A DNA stretch of 64,000 bases from Calditrichota bacterium. GTDB lineage: Bacteria; Calditrichota; Calditrichia; Calditrichales; J004. The stretch is taken from NCBI GenBank assembly GCA_024277115.1, contig JAJRVW010000222.1, positions 27,738 through 91,737 of the forward strand, in the 5' to 3' direction. The notes beneath the pieces are model-generated. The model ran no database searches and was not told the origin of the DNA. It worked only from the letters and a program-made list of their open reading frames with translations. Both the position numbers and the translations under genes were made by a program. Positions 1 through 9,890 of the stretch are shown in pieces (positions within the stretch are counted from its first letter, which is position 1; each line of letters starts with the position of its first letter).

Positions 1-2
1 CG

Positions 3-1487
3 GCAAAAAACACTATTAGTTCGTTTGTAATAAAAAACAATAAATCTATCCTTTTATCTGGAAATAAAGTAGAAAAGTTTATAAAAGAGAATAAAATAAA
101 AAGGGTGGCTACACCTTCAAAAAGCTGGTTAGGCGTTCCTTTAATAATCCATAATGAAGCGATTGGCTTAATTGTAGTACAAAGTTATAAGAGTAGTACT
201 GCCTTTACTCAAAAACACCAGGAACTAATCGAATTTGTAGCTGATCAAATTGCCTCAATTATTATCAAAGAACGAATTGAGATTAAACTGAAGGAGGCCA
301 ACAAAGAGAACCAGCAACTCCTTGTATCACTCCCTTCATCATTAATTGTAATGAACGAAAGTGAACATGTAGTTCGGTGGAACCGTGCCGCTGAAAACAA
401 TTTTGGAATAAAATGCGAAGATATATTAAATAAAAGATTGTTGGAAACTGGAATCTCATGGAATTGGTCCGCGATAACCGATGGTATTAATAAATGCCGT
501 ATCCAAAATAAGACAATCACGCTTCATGATATCCATTATAACACTCCTGCGCAAAAGAATGGTTTTTTAAATGTAATAATCAGCCCATTTGAAGAAGAAA
601 ATAAAAAGTTTCCCGGCTTCTTAATAATATGTCAGGATATCACAGAACAGAAAATATTGGAAAGTCAGTTGTCCCAGGCGCAAAAACTTGAATCTATTGG
701 ACAATTAGCTGCGGGAATTGCTCACGAAATAAATACTCCAACTCAATTCGTGGGTGATAACATTAATTTCTTAAAGGATGCTTTTACAGATTTAAATAAT
801 TTGCTCAAACAATTCCAGATTTTGAAAGAAAATATTAAAAACAAGAAAGAACCGGAAAGTATTATTACAGAAATAGATACTATTATTGAAGATATTGACT
901 TAAACTATCTGCTTGAAGAAGTACCTTTAGCAATTGAACAATCATTAGAAGGAATAGCAAGAGTTTCAAAAATAGTCCGTGCAATGAAAGAATTTTCGCA
1001 TCCTGGTGCAAAAGAAAAAACCGCTATTGATATAAACAGAGCTATTCAAAATACAATAACCGTTTGTCGTAATGAGTGGAAATATGTTTCGGAAATTGAA
1101 ACAAATTTTGCTGACTCCCTCCCGCCTGTTGCTTGCATCCCAGACGCATTTAACCAAGTTATATTAAACCTGATCATAAATGCCGCGCATGCAATCTCAG
1201 ACTCCCTCAAAACGAAAAATGAAACAAAAGGCAATATTTTTATTTCTACAAAATTGCTTAAAAATGAAGTTGAAATAACAGTTAAAGACAGCGGTACCGG
1301 TATTCCAGAAAACATTCAATCAACAATTTTCGACCCGTTTTTTACTACAAAAGAGGTCGGAAAAGGTACAGGCCAGGGTTTAGCAATTTCACATGATGTT
1401 ATTACAAAAAAACATAATGGCTCAATTAAATTTAAAACAGAGCTTAACAAAGGAACAGCCTTTGTTATCAGGCTACCATTAAATTAA
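3..1487 (+). CDS. Sensor histidine kinase (end of GAF, PAS-like, HisKA, HATPase_c); 5' end lies outside the window
   Basis: The frame of the listed ORF stays open back to nt 3, so the GTG at 105 is probably internal. ...SWLGVPLIIHNEAIGLIVVQSY resembles the end of a GAF domain. H-box ESIGQLAAGIAHEINTP; ATPase boxes NLIINAAHA, DSGTGIP, GKGTGQGLAIS. TAA stop. Confidence 0.85.
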   Translation, partial: AKNTISSFVIKNNKSILLSGNKVEKFIKENKIKRVATPSKSWLGVPLIIHNEAIGLIVVQSYKSSTAFTQKHQELIEFVADQIASIIIKERIEIKLKEANKENQQLLVSLPSSLIVMNESEHVVRWNRAAENNFGIKCEDILNKRLLETGISWNWSAITDGINKCRIQNKTITLHDIHYNTPAQKNGFLNVIISPFEEENKKFPGFLIICQDITEQKILESQLSQAQKLESIGQLAAGIAHEINTPTQFVGDNINFLKDAFTDLNNLLKQFQILKENIKNKKEPESIITEIDTIIEDIDLNYLLEEVPLAIEQSLEGIARVSKIVRAMKEFSHPGAKEKTAIDINRAIQNTITVCRNEWKYVSEIETNFADSLPPVACIPDAFNQVILNLIINAAHAISDSLKTKNETKGNIFISTKLLKNEVEITVKDSGTGIPENIQSTIFDPFFTTKEVGKGTGQGLAISHDVITKKHNGSIKFKTELNKGTAFVIRLPLN

Positions 1488-1531
1488 ACCCCGCCAAGAA
1501 TTATATCAGGTAAATAAAAAGGTAATATTAA

Positions 1532-2656
1532 ATGAACATTACTGAGGTGTACAAAAAGAAAGCTAAGATACTTTTTATTGATGATGATCAATATGTTCTT
1601 GATGGCATCAAACGTTCTCTTCACAACACAGGAGACCATTGGGAAATATCCTACATGAACGACGTTAATAATGCATATAAAAGTATTTTACATTCGGAAT
1701 ATGACATAGTCGTTTCGGATATAAAAATGCCAACAATGACTGGTCTTGAACTTCTGGAAAAAATAAAATCTGAATTAAAAGAAAAAGGTCCCGAATTTAT
1801 TATAATTACCGGTATTGAAGATAAAGAGTTAAAACGGGCAGCCCTAAACCTGGATGCAACTGACCTCTTAAACAAACCAATCCAAAAAGAGGATTTACTT
1901 GCGCGTCTAAACAACGCCATCCGGTTAAAATCATTTAAAGATAAAATTTGTGCCCAAAATGAATTATTAGAGGAACAGTTGATTCAATCACAAAAAATGG
2001 AAGTAGTTGGCCTGATGACCTCTGGTGTTGCCCATGATTTTAATAATATTTTATCTGTCATCTCAAATTACAGCCAATTATTAAAAATGTTAGCTGAAGA
2101 TAATCCTGCAATAAAAACCCGGACAGAAAAAATCCAAACGGCATCAGGACATGGGCAAAAAATTATTCAGCAATTACTGAATTTTGTAAAGAAAAAAGAT
2201 ACATCTTTTGAAAAAGTAAACCTCGATATACTTGTGGGGGAATCCATTGATTTGCTTAAAAGCACTTTGTCAAAAAAAGTTTCTATACAATTTCATCGGT
2301 TACAAAACAATTATGAAATAATGGCCGACCATACTCAAATTTTCCAAATAATTATGAACCTCTGCCTTAATGCTGCTAAAGCAATGGATAATGATGGGAC
2401 TATTTCAATCCGATTGGATAAAGAAAGTATTAATGCAGAAAATGTAGTCGTTTTGGAGATTGCCGATAATGGGCCTGGAATGGATACAACCTTTATTGAA
2501 AACATATCTTCAATAAAAACAAGTACGAACGGGACAGGGCTTGGCTTAACAATTGTCCAAAGAATAATCAAAAACCATGCTGGAACACTTAGTATTAAAA
2601 GTAAAAAGGACAAAGGAACAACTTTTACAATCGTTTTTCCAATTATAGAAAACTAA
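1532..2656 (+). CDS. Hybrid response regulator / histidine kinase (REC-HisKA-HATPase_c)
   Basis: Receiver motifs ILFIDDD, IVVSDIKMP, LLNKP. These are followed by H-box VGLMTSGVAHDFNNIL and ATPase boxes NLCLNAAKAM, DNGPGMD, GTGLGLTIV. Confidence 0.85.
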   Translation: MNITEVYKKKAKILFIDDDQYVLDGIKRSLHNTGDHWEISYMNDVNNAYKSILHSEYDIVVSDIKMPTMTGLELLEKIKSELKEKGPEFIIITGIEDKELKRAALNLDATDLLNKPIQKEDLLARLNNAIRLKSFKDKICAQNELLEEQLIQSQKMEVVGLMTSGVAHDFNNILSVISNYSQLLKMLAEDNPAIKTRTEKIQTASGHGQKIIQQLLNFVKKKDTSFEKVNLDILVGESIDLLKSTLSKKVSIQFHRLQNNYEIMADHTQIFQIIMNLCLNAAKAMDNDGTISIRLDKESINAENVVVLEIADNGPGMDTTFIENISSIKTSTNGTGLGLTIVQRIIKNHAGTLSIKSKKDKGTTFTIVFPIIEN

Positions 2657-2674
2657 GTTTTTATAGGGCACACA

Positions 2675-3886
2675 ATGAAAAATATTCTTTTTGTAGACGA
2701 CGAGCCTCATATTTTACAAGGCTTGAAAAGGATGCTTCGTCCTTTTCGCAAAGAATGGCAAATGCACTTTTGCGGCAGTGGGTCCGAAGCACTCGATTTA
2801 CTTTCGCAGAGTGAAATGGATGTGGTTGTTACCGATATGCGGATGCCTGTAATGGATGGGGCCGAACTTCTGGGTCGAGTGAAAAATTTATATCCAAATG
2901 TTGTGCGGATAATTCTATCGGGTCAATCGAATAAAGAAATGATTCTTAAATCTGTAAAACCTGCCCATCAATTTTTATCTAAGCCTTGTAATCCAGAAAA
3001 CTTAAAACAAACAATAAAAAAAGCACTTCACCTACGTGATTTACTTAAAAATAAAAAAGTAACCAACCTTATTTCTCAAATTGAGACACTTCCAAGTTTA
3101 CCGACATTATATATCGAAATAATTGATAAACTAAATAGCCAAAACTCGTCACTTTCGGATATTGCTGCCATTATAAAAAAAGATGTTTCAATGACTGCTG
3201 AGATATTAAAACTAATTAACTCCTCCTTTTTCGGATTCTCAAATAAAATTTCCAGCATCGATCAGACTGTTTCATTACTTGGAATGAATATGATCCGTAC
3301 ACTTGTGCTATCAATTAAAGTTTTTAAACAGTTTCCAAAACAAGACCAGATATCAATTTCAATAGATGAACTTTGGCAACATAGTTTTTTAGTCGGCACC
3401 TTAACTGGTATAATTGTATTTGATTTCACAAAAGAAAAAGAGCTTCAGGAACAAGCCTTTACAGTTGGACTATTGCACGATATCGGTATGATTATCCTGG
3501 CAAGCCAATTACCCCAAAAATATAAAAAAGCATATGAATATGCTTTTATAAACCAGGTTTCGATTTGTTTTGGGGAATACAAATTTTTAGGTGCTTCCCA
3601 CGCAGAGGTAGGCGCATATCTTGTTGGTTTATGGGGCTTTTCAGATCTAATTACTGAGGCAATTGCAAACCACCATTTACAAAACAATTTTAGTAATGAG
3701 GTCGATTTCATAACTTTAGCTACACATGTGGCTGATATTTTTTCTCAAAAATTACGTAATAGAAATCAGGGTCTACCTCTAGAAGAATTGCAAGATTTGA
3801 TTCGTAAAGACAAACGCTTTAAAGAAAACGAAGAACGATGGTTTAGTCTTTGTTCAAATATTTATAACAAGGATTATAATGAATAA
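2675..3886 (+). CDS. Response regulator with C-terminal HDOD domain
   Basis: Receiver motifs ILFVDDEPHIL, VVVTDMRMPVMDG, FLSKP. The C-terminal part has HDOD-like signatures (LPSLPTLYIEIIDKL, LLHDIGMIIL, HAEVGAYLVGLWG). It overlaps the next gene by 8 nt (ATGAATAA). Confidence 0.85.
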   Translation: MKNILFVDDEPHILQGLKRMLRPFRKEWQMHFCGSGSEALDLLSQSEMDVVVTDMRMPVMDGAELLGRVKNLYPNVVRIILSGQSNKEMILKSVKPAHQFLSKPCNPENLKQTIKKALHLRDLLKNKKVTNLISQIETLPSLPTLYIEIIDKLNSQNSSLSDIAAIIKKDVSMTAEILKLINSSFFGFSNKISSIDQTVSLLGMNMIRTLVLSIKVFKQFPKQDQISISIDELWQHSFLVGTLTGIIVFDFTKEKELQEQAFTVGLLHDIGMIILASQLPQKYKKAYEYAFINQVSICFGEYKFLGASHAEVGAYLVGLWGFSDLITEAIANHHLQNNFSNEVDFITLATHVADIFSQKLRNRNQGLPLEELQDLIRKDKRFKENEERWFSLCSNIYNKDYNE

Positions 3887-5015
3887 AAATATATTATTTG
3901 TAGATGATGAAGAAAATATCCTCGCCTCATATAAAAGAACATTACGTAAAGATTTTAATATTTTTACAGCTTTGGGTGGCTATGAAGGTTTAGAAATAAT
4001 TAAATCTCAAAAAACATTTGCAGTAGTTGTGAGCGATATGCAAATGCCTAAAATGAAAGGTAGTGATTTTTTAGCCCACGTAAAAAAATCTTCGCCAAAC
4101 AGTACACGTATAATGTTAACCGGTTATGCTAATATCGACAACGCTATTGATGCGGTAAACCATGGAAGTATATTTAGGTTTTTAACAAAACCGTGCTCAA
4201 CAGAGGTCTTAACCAACACACTAAATGAAGCCATACGGCAATATCAATTAATCACAGCAGAGAAAATACTCCTCGAGAAAACATTAAAAAATTCCATTAA
4301 TGTTTTAACATCCATTTTGGGGATGACTAATCCAAGTGCTTTTGGCCGTGCAAACCGTGTAAAACGGTATGTTAGCCAAATAGGGCAGCTTTTGGGGCTA
4401 AAAGAAATCTGGAAATTAGATATGGCGGCCATGCTTTCACAAATTGGCTTTGTCACACTACCACCATATATTCTCGAAAAAGTTTATAATCAGGAAATAT
4501 TATCTAAAAAGGAACAAGAAATGCTGGCAGGCCATCCAGCAATTGGTGGAGAACTAATCCAACAGATTCCTCGCCTTGAAGATGTCGCTCAAATTATTCG
4601 TTTGCAAGATTCTAATTTTGTAGACCACAGTATAAAAAACCTTTCCTCTCAAAACGAAAAATTTATTGCTTTAGGTGCACAAATCTTAAAAGTAGTACTC
4701 GGATTTGATGAGATGATTTTTAGAGGGATATCTAAACAGGCTGCAATGGCCATGTTAAAAAGGGATAAAACAAAATATAACCCACGTATTGTCGACTTAC
4801 TTGAGCATGTGCAGATTAGCGAAAAAGAAAGGATGATGAAAAATCTGCCCCTACCCCACCTAAAACCAACTATGCTCACAAATCAAAATATAATGAGTAA
4901 AAATGGAAAGATGTTAGTTTCTATAGACACAGAATTAACTGGACCGCTAATCCAACGCCTCAAGGCATATGATAAATCAGTTGGGGTTGTTCAACCAATA
5001 AAAATTTTTGTATGA
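3879..5015 (+). CDS. Response regulator with HD-GYP-like (apparently degenerate) output domain
   Basis: Receiver motifs ILFVDDEENIL, VVVSDMQMPKMKG, FLTKP. The C-terminal region has the layout of an RpfG-type HD-GYP domain. However, the usual HDxGK position reads LSQIGF and no GYP motif is visible. TGA stop. Confidence 0.7.
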   Translation: MNKNILFVDDEENILASYKRTLRKDFNIFTALGGYEGLEIIKSQKTFAVVVSDMQMPKMKGSDFLAHVKKSSPNSTRIMLTGYANIDNAIDAVNHGSIFRFLTKPCSTEVLTNTLNEAIRQYQLITAEKILLEKTLKNSINVLTSILGMTNPSAFGRANRVKRYVSQIGQLLGLKEIWKLDMAAMLSQIGFVTLPPYILEKVYNQEILSKKEQEMLAGHPAIGGELIQQIPRLEDVAQIIRLQDSNFVDHSIKNLSSQNEKFIALGAQILKVVLGFDEMIFRGISKQAAMAMLKRDKTKYNPRIVDLLEHVQISEKERMMKNLPLPHLKPTMLTNQNIMSKNGKMLVSIDTELTGPLIQRLKAYDKSVGVVQPIKIFV

Positions 5016-5405
5016 TTACCTTACAGATGCAAAAACTTCTTTTATTTTATCAATAAATGTGGGGAAAAAGAGGGGCTTCTCAAAAAAGATATCGCGGTGC
5101 TCTGTTAAAACTTCGCTAAAACCCATAGCGTGGGCCTAAACGATAAGCACTGGAATTTCTTTATATTCGGATTGTGTCATCCATTTATAAAAATCAATGC
5201 CATTCTCACCAGGCAACCCTACATCGGTTATAACCATATCAATATTCTTTTCGGCCAAAACTTTACGTGCGTCAATCGTATTCAGCACTATCTCCACCCG
5301 AAAACCTGCTTTTTCCAAAAATACTTTGCAGAGCAATCCGGCCTGATAATCATCATCGATATATAAAATAGTTTTGTTATTATTGTCCATAGTGTGATTC
5401 GCCAT
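5016..5405 (-). pseudogene. Single-domain CheY-like receiver interrupted by an in-frame TAG at 5136..5138
   Basis: The listed 89-aa ORF (5136..5405) ends ...IPVLIV then TAG. The same frame continues AHAMGFSEVLTEHRDIFFEKPLFFPTFIDKIKEVFASVR to a TAA at 5016..5018. Acidic pocket (YIDDD), phospho-Asp (MVITDVGLPG) and Lys (FEKP) are all intact. The TAG sits at the conserved Ser/Thr position. Confidence 0.7.
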
Positions 5406-5559
5406 TAAAACTTGTTGTAGTAAAAATATAGTTTTGTTATTTTCAGCTTTTTTAATACTGAAGTAGAGTTTTGTTCAAAACAAACGAAAATAACCAACTC
5501 CTGTTATCGTAACCAAATTAAATTTAATAATCTTTTTAAAATAGAAAATAAGGATTCGC

Positions 5560-8166
5560 ATGACATCCAATAAAATTCGTCAACAATTTATAGATTTCTT
5601 TAAGGATAAGCAACATACGTTTGTACCAAGCGCTTCCGTTGTCCCGTTGGACGACCCGACCCTTCTTTTTACCAATGCGGGGATGAACCAGTTTAAAGAT
5701 GTTTTTTTGGCCAAAGGGGAACGCAGTTATAAACGCGCTGCAAATTCCCAAAAGTGTATTAGGGTAAGCGGGAAACACAACGACCTGGAAGAAGTCGGGC
5801 ACGATACTTATCACCACACCTTTTTTGAAATGCTTGGCAATTGGTCCTTTGGGGATTATTACAAAAAAGAGGCCATCGCCTGGGCATGGGAACTTTTGAC
5901 CGAAGTTTGGAAATTACCCAAAGAGCGGCTTTATGCGACTGTTTTTGGCGGTGATGAAGGTGATGGGCTTGAAGCGGACACCGAAGCAGAAAAGCTATGG
6001 CAGGAAATGACAGATATTGACCACTCACATATTTTGCGTTGCAGCAAGGCCGACAATTTTTGGGAGATGGGCGCGACCGGGCCATGCGGGCCGTGTTCTG
6101 AAATCCATATTGACCTAACCCCGGACTTATCCGGAGGTAAACTGGTTAATGCCGGCGTACCGGAAGTGATTGAAATATGGAACCTGGTTTTTATCCAATA
6201 TAACCGTGATAAAAGTGGCAAGCTTTCCGATCTGCCGGCCAAACATGTGGATACAGGCGCCGGTTTTGAGCGTATTGTGGCCGTTATGCAAAATAAAAAC
6301 TCTAATTATGACACCGATGTGTTTATGCCCATCCTCGATGAAATTGGCAAACTGGTAGGCGAGGCCTATGAAAAAACAAAAGAACAAATTGCTTACCGGG
6401 TCATCGCCGATCATATCCGTATGCTTACTTTCTCTATCGCCGATGGTGGCCTACCCTCCAACGAAGGCCGTGGTTATGTGATGCGCCGTATATTAAGGCG
6501 CGCTGCGCGTTATGGGCGTAAACTTAATTTGCATGAGCCTTTTCTGTACAAACTTGTACCGGGACTGGTTGCACACATGGGCGATGCCTACCCGGAATTA
6601 AAAGAGCGCATGGATCATGTTATCAAAGTAATCCGTGCCGAAGAAGAACATTTTAACCGCACCCTGGACCGCGGGCTGGAAATTTTTGCCAAAATTGTAA
6701 ATCAGCTGGAACAAAAAAATGAAAAGACCATCCCGGGAGTTGACGTATTTAAACTTTATGATACCTTTGGTTTTCCGGTCGATTTAACAGCCCTGATGGC
6801 TGAAGAAAAAAATCTTGCCATAGATTTAGAAGGCTTTGAAAAAGAAATGAACAGTCAGCGCGAACGGGCACGGGCTGCCGCAAAATTTACGTCCCAAACC
6901 GTAAGCACCGATGCCTGGGTTGTGATGAACGCAGGTGATGATTCTGAATTCGTCGGTTACGAATATACTGAAGCCGACTCAAAAATCAGCCGCTATTACC
7001 AGGACGAGAATCATGTAAAGGTGCGCCTGATTAAAACACCTTTTTATGCAGAGTCCGGCGGGCAGGTTGGCGATAAAGGAACCATTGAGGGCGATGGGTT
7101 TAAACTAAATGTAATTGATACCCAGAAAGAAAATGATGCGATTATCCACATCTGTACACTTGATGGTGAATTTAATCCAAAATCAGATAAAATATTTGCG
7201 CGGGTTAATGAATCGGAACGCAGGCGTACACTTAAAAACCACACAGCTACGCACCTGCTGCAAGCCGCTTTACAACAAGTGCTGGGCGATCATGTTCACC
7301 AGTCCGGGTCTTTGGTAGAACCCGACCGGCTACGATTCGATTTTACCCATTTTGAAAAAGTAACAAATACAGAATTAACCGAGATCGAGCGCATAGTAAA
7401 CGAACAAATCCAAAAAGATACACACCTGGAAATAAGCCTTAAAAATATTGACGAGGCAAAGGCCGAAGGGGCCATGGCCTTATTTGGCGAAAAATACGGT
7501 GACATAGTACGAACTGTAAAAGTAGGTGATTACAGCCTGGAATTATGTGGTGGTACACATGTAAAAGGAACCGGGGAGATCGGCGCTTTTATAATCACTA
7601 CCGAAGAAGGTATTGCCGCCGGTGTGCGCCGCATCGAAGCGATAACCGGGCCTAAAGCCGTGGAATATTTCCAGAACGCCCGTAAGCGTGTTGGGGAAAT
7701 AAGCCAGCTGACAAACAGTCCCGAAAACAGTATTGCTGAAAAAGTGAAATCTTTGATAGAAGATAAAAAGGCGTTGGAAAAAGAGTTGGCACAAGCCAAA
7801 GCGGCACAATTAAGCGGCAACCTGGATGGCATCATCGATTCAGCTAAATCCATAAACGGCACGCAGGTAATCCTGCATAAGTTGGAAAATGTGGACATGA
7901 AAGCGCTTAAAGATTTGGGCGATAAAATCCGTGAAAAAGTAAAAAACACAGTCGGGCTAATTGCCTCGGTCAACGCGGACAAGCTGGCCTTTGTTGCCTT
8001 TGTAAGCGACGACCTTCTCAAAAAATATAAGGCGGGCGACCTGGTTCGTGAAGTTGCTAAAACAGCTGGCGGTGGTGGTGGCGGTAAACCACACATGGCC
8101 ACAGCAGGGGGAAAAGATGTAAGTAAATTGGATGCGGCGCTGACTCGCTTTAAAGAGCTGATTTAA
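5560..8166 (+). CDS. alaS: Alanine--tRNA ligase
   Basis: 868 aa, full length. Class II core (FTNAGMNQFK, KCIRVSGKHNDLEEVG), editing-domain HxxxH (HTATHLLQAAL) and C-terminal GGGGG(K) DHHA1-like tail. Confidence 0.97.
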   Translation: MTSNKIRQQFIDFFKDKQHTFVPSASVVPLDDPTLLFTNAGMNQFKDVFLAKGERSYKRAANSQKCIRVSGKHNDLEEVGHDTYHHTFFEMLGNWSFGDYYKKEAIAWAWELLTEVWKLPKERLYATVFGGDEGDGLEADTEAEKLWQEMTDIDHSHILRCSKADNFWEMGATGPCGPCSEIHIDLTPDLSGGKLVNAGVPEVIEIWNLVFIQYNRDKSGKLSDLPAKHVDTGAGFERIVAVMQNKNSNYDTDVFMPILDEIGKLVGEAYEKTKEQIAYRVIADHIRMLTFSIADGGLPSNEGRGYVMRRILRRAARYGRKLNLHEPFLYKLVPGLVAHMGDAYPELKERMDHVIKVIRAEEEHFNRTLDRGLEIFAKIVNQLEQKNEKTIPGVDVFKLYDTFGFPVDLTALMAEEKNLAIDLEGFEKEMNSQRERARAAAKFTSQTVSTDAWVVMNAGDDSEFVGYEYTEADSKISRYYQDENHVKVRLIKTPFYAESGGQVGDKGTIEGDGFKLNVIDTQKENDAIIHICTLDGEFNPKSDKIFARVNESERRRTLKNHTATHLLQAALQQVLGDHVHQSGSLVEPDRLRFDFTHFEKVTNTELTEIERIVNEQIQKDTHLEISLKNIDEAKAEGAMALFGEKYGDIVRTVKVGDYSLELCGGTHVKGTGEIGAFIITTEEGIAAGVRRIEAITGPKAVEYFQNARKRVGEISQLTNSPENSIAEKVKSLIEDKKALEKELAQAKAAQLSGNLDGIIDSAKSINGTQVILHKLENVDMKALKDLGDKIREKVKNTVGLIASVNADKLAFVAFVSDDLLKKYKAGDLVREVAKTAGGGGGGKPHMATAGGKDVSKLDAALTRFKELI

Positions 8167-8200
8167 AATGAACCTGCCCGTTTTACTGTATAAACTAATA

Positions 8201-8471
8201 ACCCGTTGTGCGAATTAGAATAGCATATTTGTTGATAATAGTTGTAAAACTTAAAAAGCAGGTCGTTCCTATGGAGCTTTTGCCAACATAGAAATTCATT
8301 TTTTCTACAAATAGGTCCTTCCTATCGGAATTTTTTATTTCGTCCTGTAAGGACGTTCTATTTGTAGTACAAAAATCAAAATAGTTTTCAAGAAGCTCCA
8401 TCGGAGCGGCCTATCGTAAAAATTTAGTTGAAATTATTTTGTTTCTATTTTTTCTAATTCGTACAACGGGT
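8201..8471. repeat. MITE-like ~270-bp palindromic element with 20-bp terminal inverted repeats
   Basis: acccgttgtgcgaattagaa (8201..8220) matches the reverse complement of ttctaattcgtacaacgggt (8452..8471) at 19/20. The interior is itself a nested imperfect palindrome: ctacaaatag...ctatttgtag, and ggtcgttcctatggagc vs gctccatcggagcggcc. It has no convincing coding capacity. Confidence 0.6.
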
Positions 8472-8496
8472 AAACAAATAAGAATAAACACCAAAA

Positions 8497-9069
8497 ATGA
8501 AAACCAGTAGATTAGAAGCTTTCAGCGATGGTGTACTCGCAATTATTATCACCATTATGGTGCTGGAACTAAAAGTGCCGGAGGGTGATAATTTATATGC
8601 GTTGCTTCACAAAACGCCTGTATTTATAAGTTATCTCATAAGTTTTATTTATATTGGGATTTACTGGAACAACCACCATCATCTTTTCCAAATTACGGAA
8701 AAAGTAAACGGGCGTATCCTTTGGGCCAACCTGCACCTGCTTTTTTGGCTCTCCCTTATCCCTTTTGCCACAGCCTGGATAGGCGAGAACCATCATGCAT
8801 CCGCACCTTACACACTTTACGGAATTATCTTATTAATGTGTGGCTTTGCATTTTATATCCTGCTTGGTTCTATCTTAAAACATCACGAAAAAGATTTTGC
8901 CCTGAGAGAATCGATTGGAAAAGGCATCAAAGATAAGCTTTCCCTGCTCATTTATCTTATTGGGATTATCCTTTCTTTTTATTCCTCCCTTGCAGCGACG
9001 GCATGCTATATCGGCGTAGCTATAATATGGATTATACCCGATAAAAGAGTCGAAAAAAATTATAAATAA
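8497..9069 (+). CDS. TMEM175/DUF1211 family membrane protein (putative K+ channel)
   Basis: N-terminal RLEAFSDGVLAIIITIMVLEL signature and six predicted hydrophobic helices. Confidence 0.8.
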   Translation: MKTSRLEAFSDGVLAIIITIMVLELKVPEGDNLYALLHKTPVFISYLISFIYIGIYWNNHHHLFQITEKVNGRILWANLHLLFWLSLIPFATAWIGENHHASAPYTLYGIILLMCGFAFYILLGSILKHHEKDFALRESIGKGIKDKLSLLIYLIGIILSFYSSLAATACYIGVAIIWIIPDKRVEKNYK

Positions 9070-9169
9070 TCTAAAAAAATCAGCACTAATTTTTAAGCCT
9101 TGAAATATTTTTAAAAGAATTTCCATTTTATCAAAGAAATTCTAAATCCACCAAAAGAGGAGATTAAAA

Positions 9170-9700
9170 ATGGAAAAAGGGCTTTTAGAGAAAACCGGGA
9201 AAAGTTTAGACCACTGGATAAAAGTTGTTCGGGCCACGAAAATTGAGAAGCATGGCGAGATCATCAAATTCTTAAAAGCAGAACACGGCTTTACCCACGG
9301 TTTTGCAAATTTTGTCTCGTTAAAAGCACGGGCTGCCGATGCAGCGTCATTTGATGAAAAAGATTTGATCGAGGCGCAATACAAAGGCAAAGAATCTTTG
9401 AAACCCATTTATGAACACATTTTAGGCGAAGTAAAAAAGTTTGGGGACGATGTTGAAGTTGCAACAAAAAAAGCAAATGTAAGCCTCAAAACCAAAAAAC
9501 AATTTGCCCTTGTCCAACCTTCCACAAAAACGCGGATTGACCTCGGGTTAAAATTAAAAGGAAAAGAACCGCAAGGCCGCCTTGAAAACTCCGGACCTTT
9601 TGGCGCCATGTGTACCCACCGTATAAAACTATCCCAGGTTTCTGAAGTTGACGCAGAGGTAATCAATTATCTAAAAGAAGCTTACGGGCAATCACACTAG
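9170..9700 (+). CDS. DUF4287/DUF5655 domain protein
   Basis: N-terminus ...KTGKSLDHWIKVVRATKIEKHGEIIKFLKAEHGFTHGFANFV is typical of DUF4287. TAG stop. Confidence 0.7.
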   Translation: MEKGLLEKTGKSLDHWIKVVRATKIEKHGEIIKFLKAEHGFTHGFANFVSLKARAADAASFDEKDLIEAQYKGKESLKPIYEHILGEVKKFGDDVEVATKKANVSLKTKKQFALVQPSTKTRIDLGLKLKGKEPQGRLENSGPFGAMCTHRIKLSQVSEVDAEVINYLKEAYGQSH

Positions 9701-9890
9701 CAGAAAAAGTAACCATGATTTATCGATTAAGCCAAACGTTATGAGGTTCATTATATCTCATTTGCTTCCGAAGGTGATCTTTCGCAATTTCTAAATAACA
9801 AGTGTGTAAAAAAACACCATCTAAAAGATGATTCTATCAAATCAACATTTCTAGTCAAGGGGCATCCAATGTGATTGGACAGATAAAAAC

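Noticed and set aside
5375-5442. Direct repeat atagttttgttatt (two copies ~50 bp apart), the second matching a Bacteroidetes-type TAnnTTTG -7 box upstream of alaS
   Set aside because: It is suggestive. However, one copy lies inside the receiver coding sequence, no -33 element or transcript-start evidence is available, and the lineage's promoter consensus is not established from this window.
7530-8102. 190-aa antisense ORF within alaS
   Set aside because: It lies fully inside the well-supported alaS gene on the opposite strand. It is low-complexity Ala/Ser/Pro-rich, as is typical of shadow ORFs.
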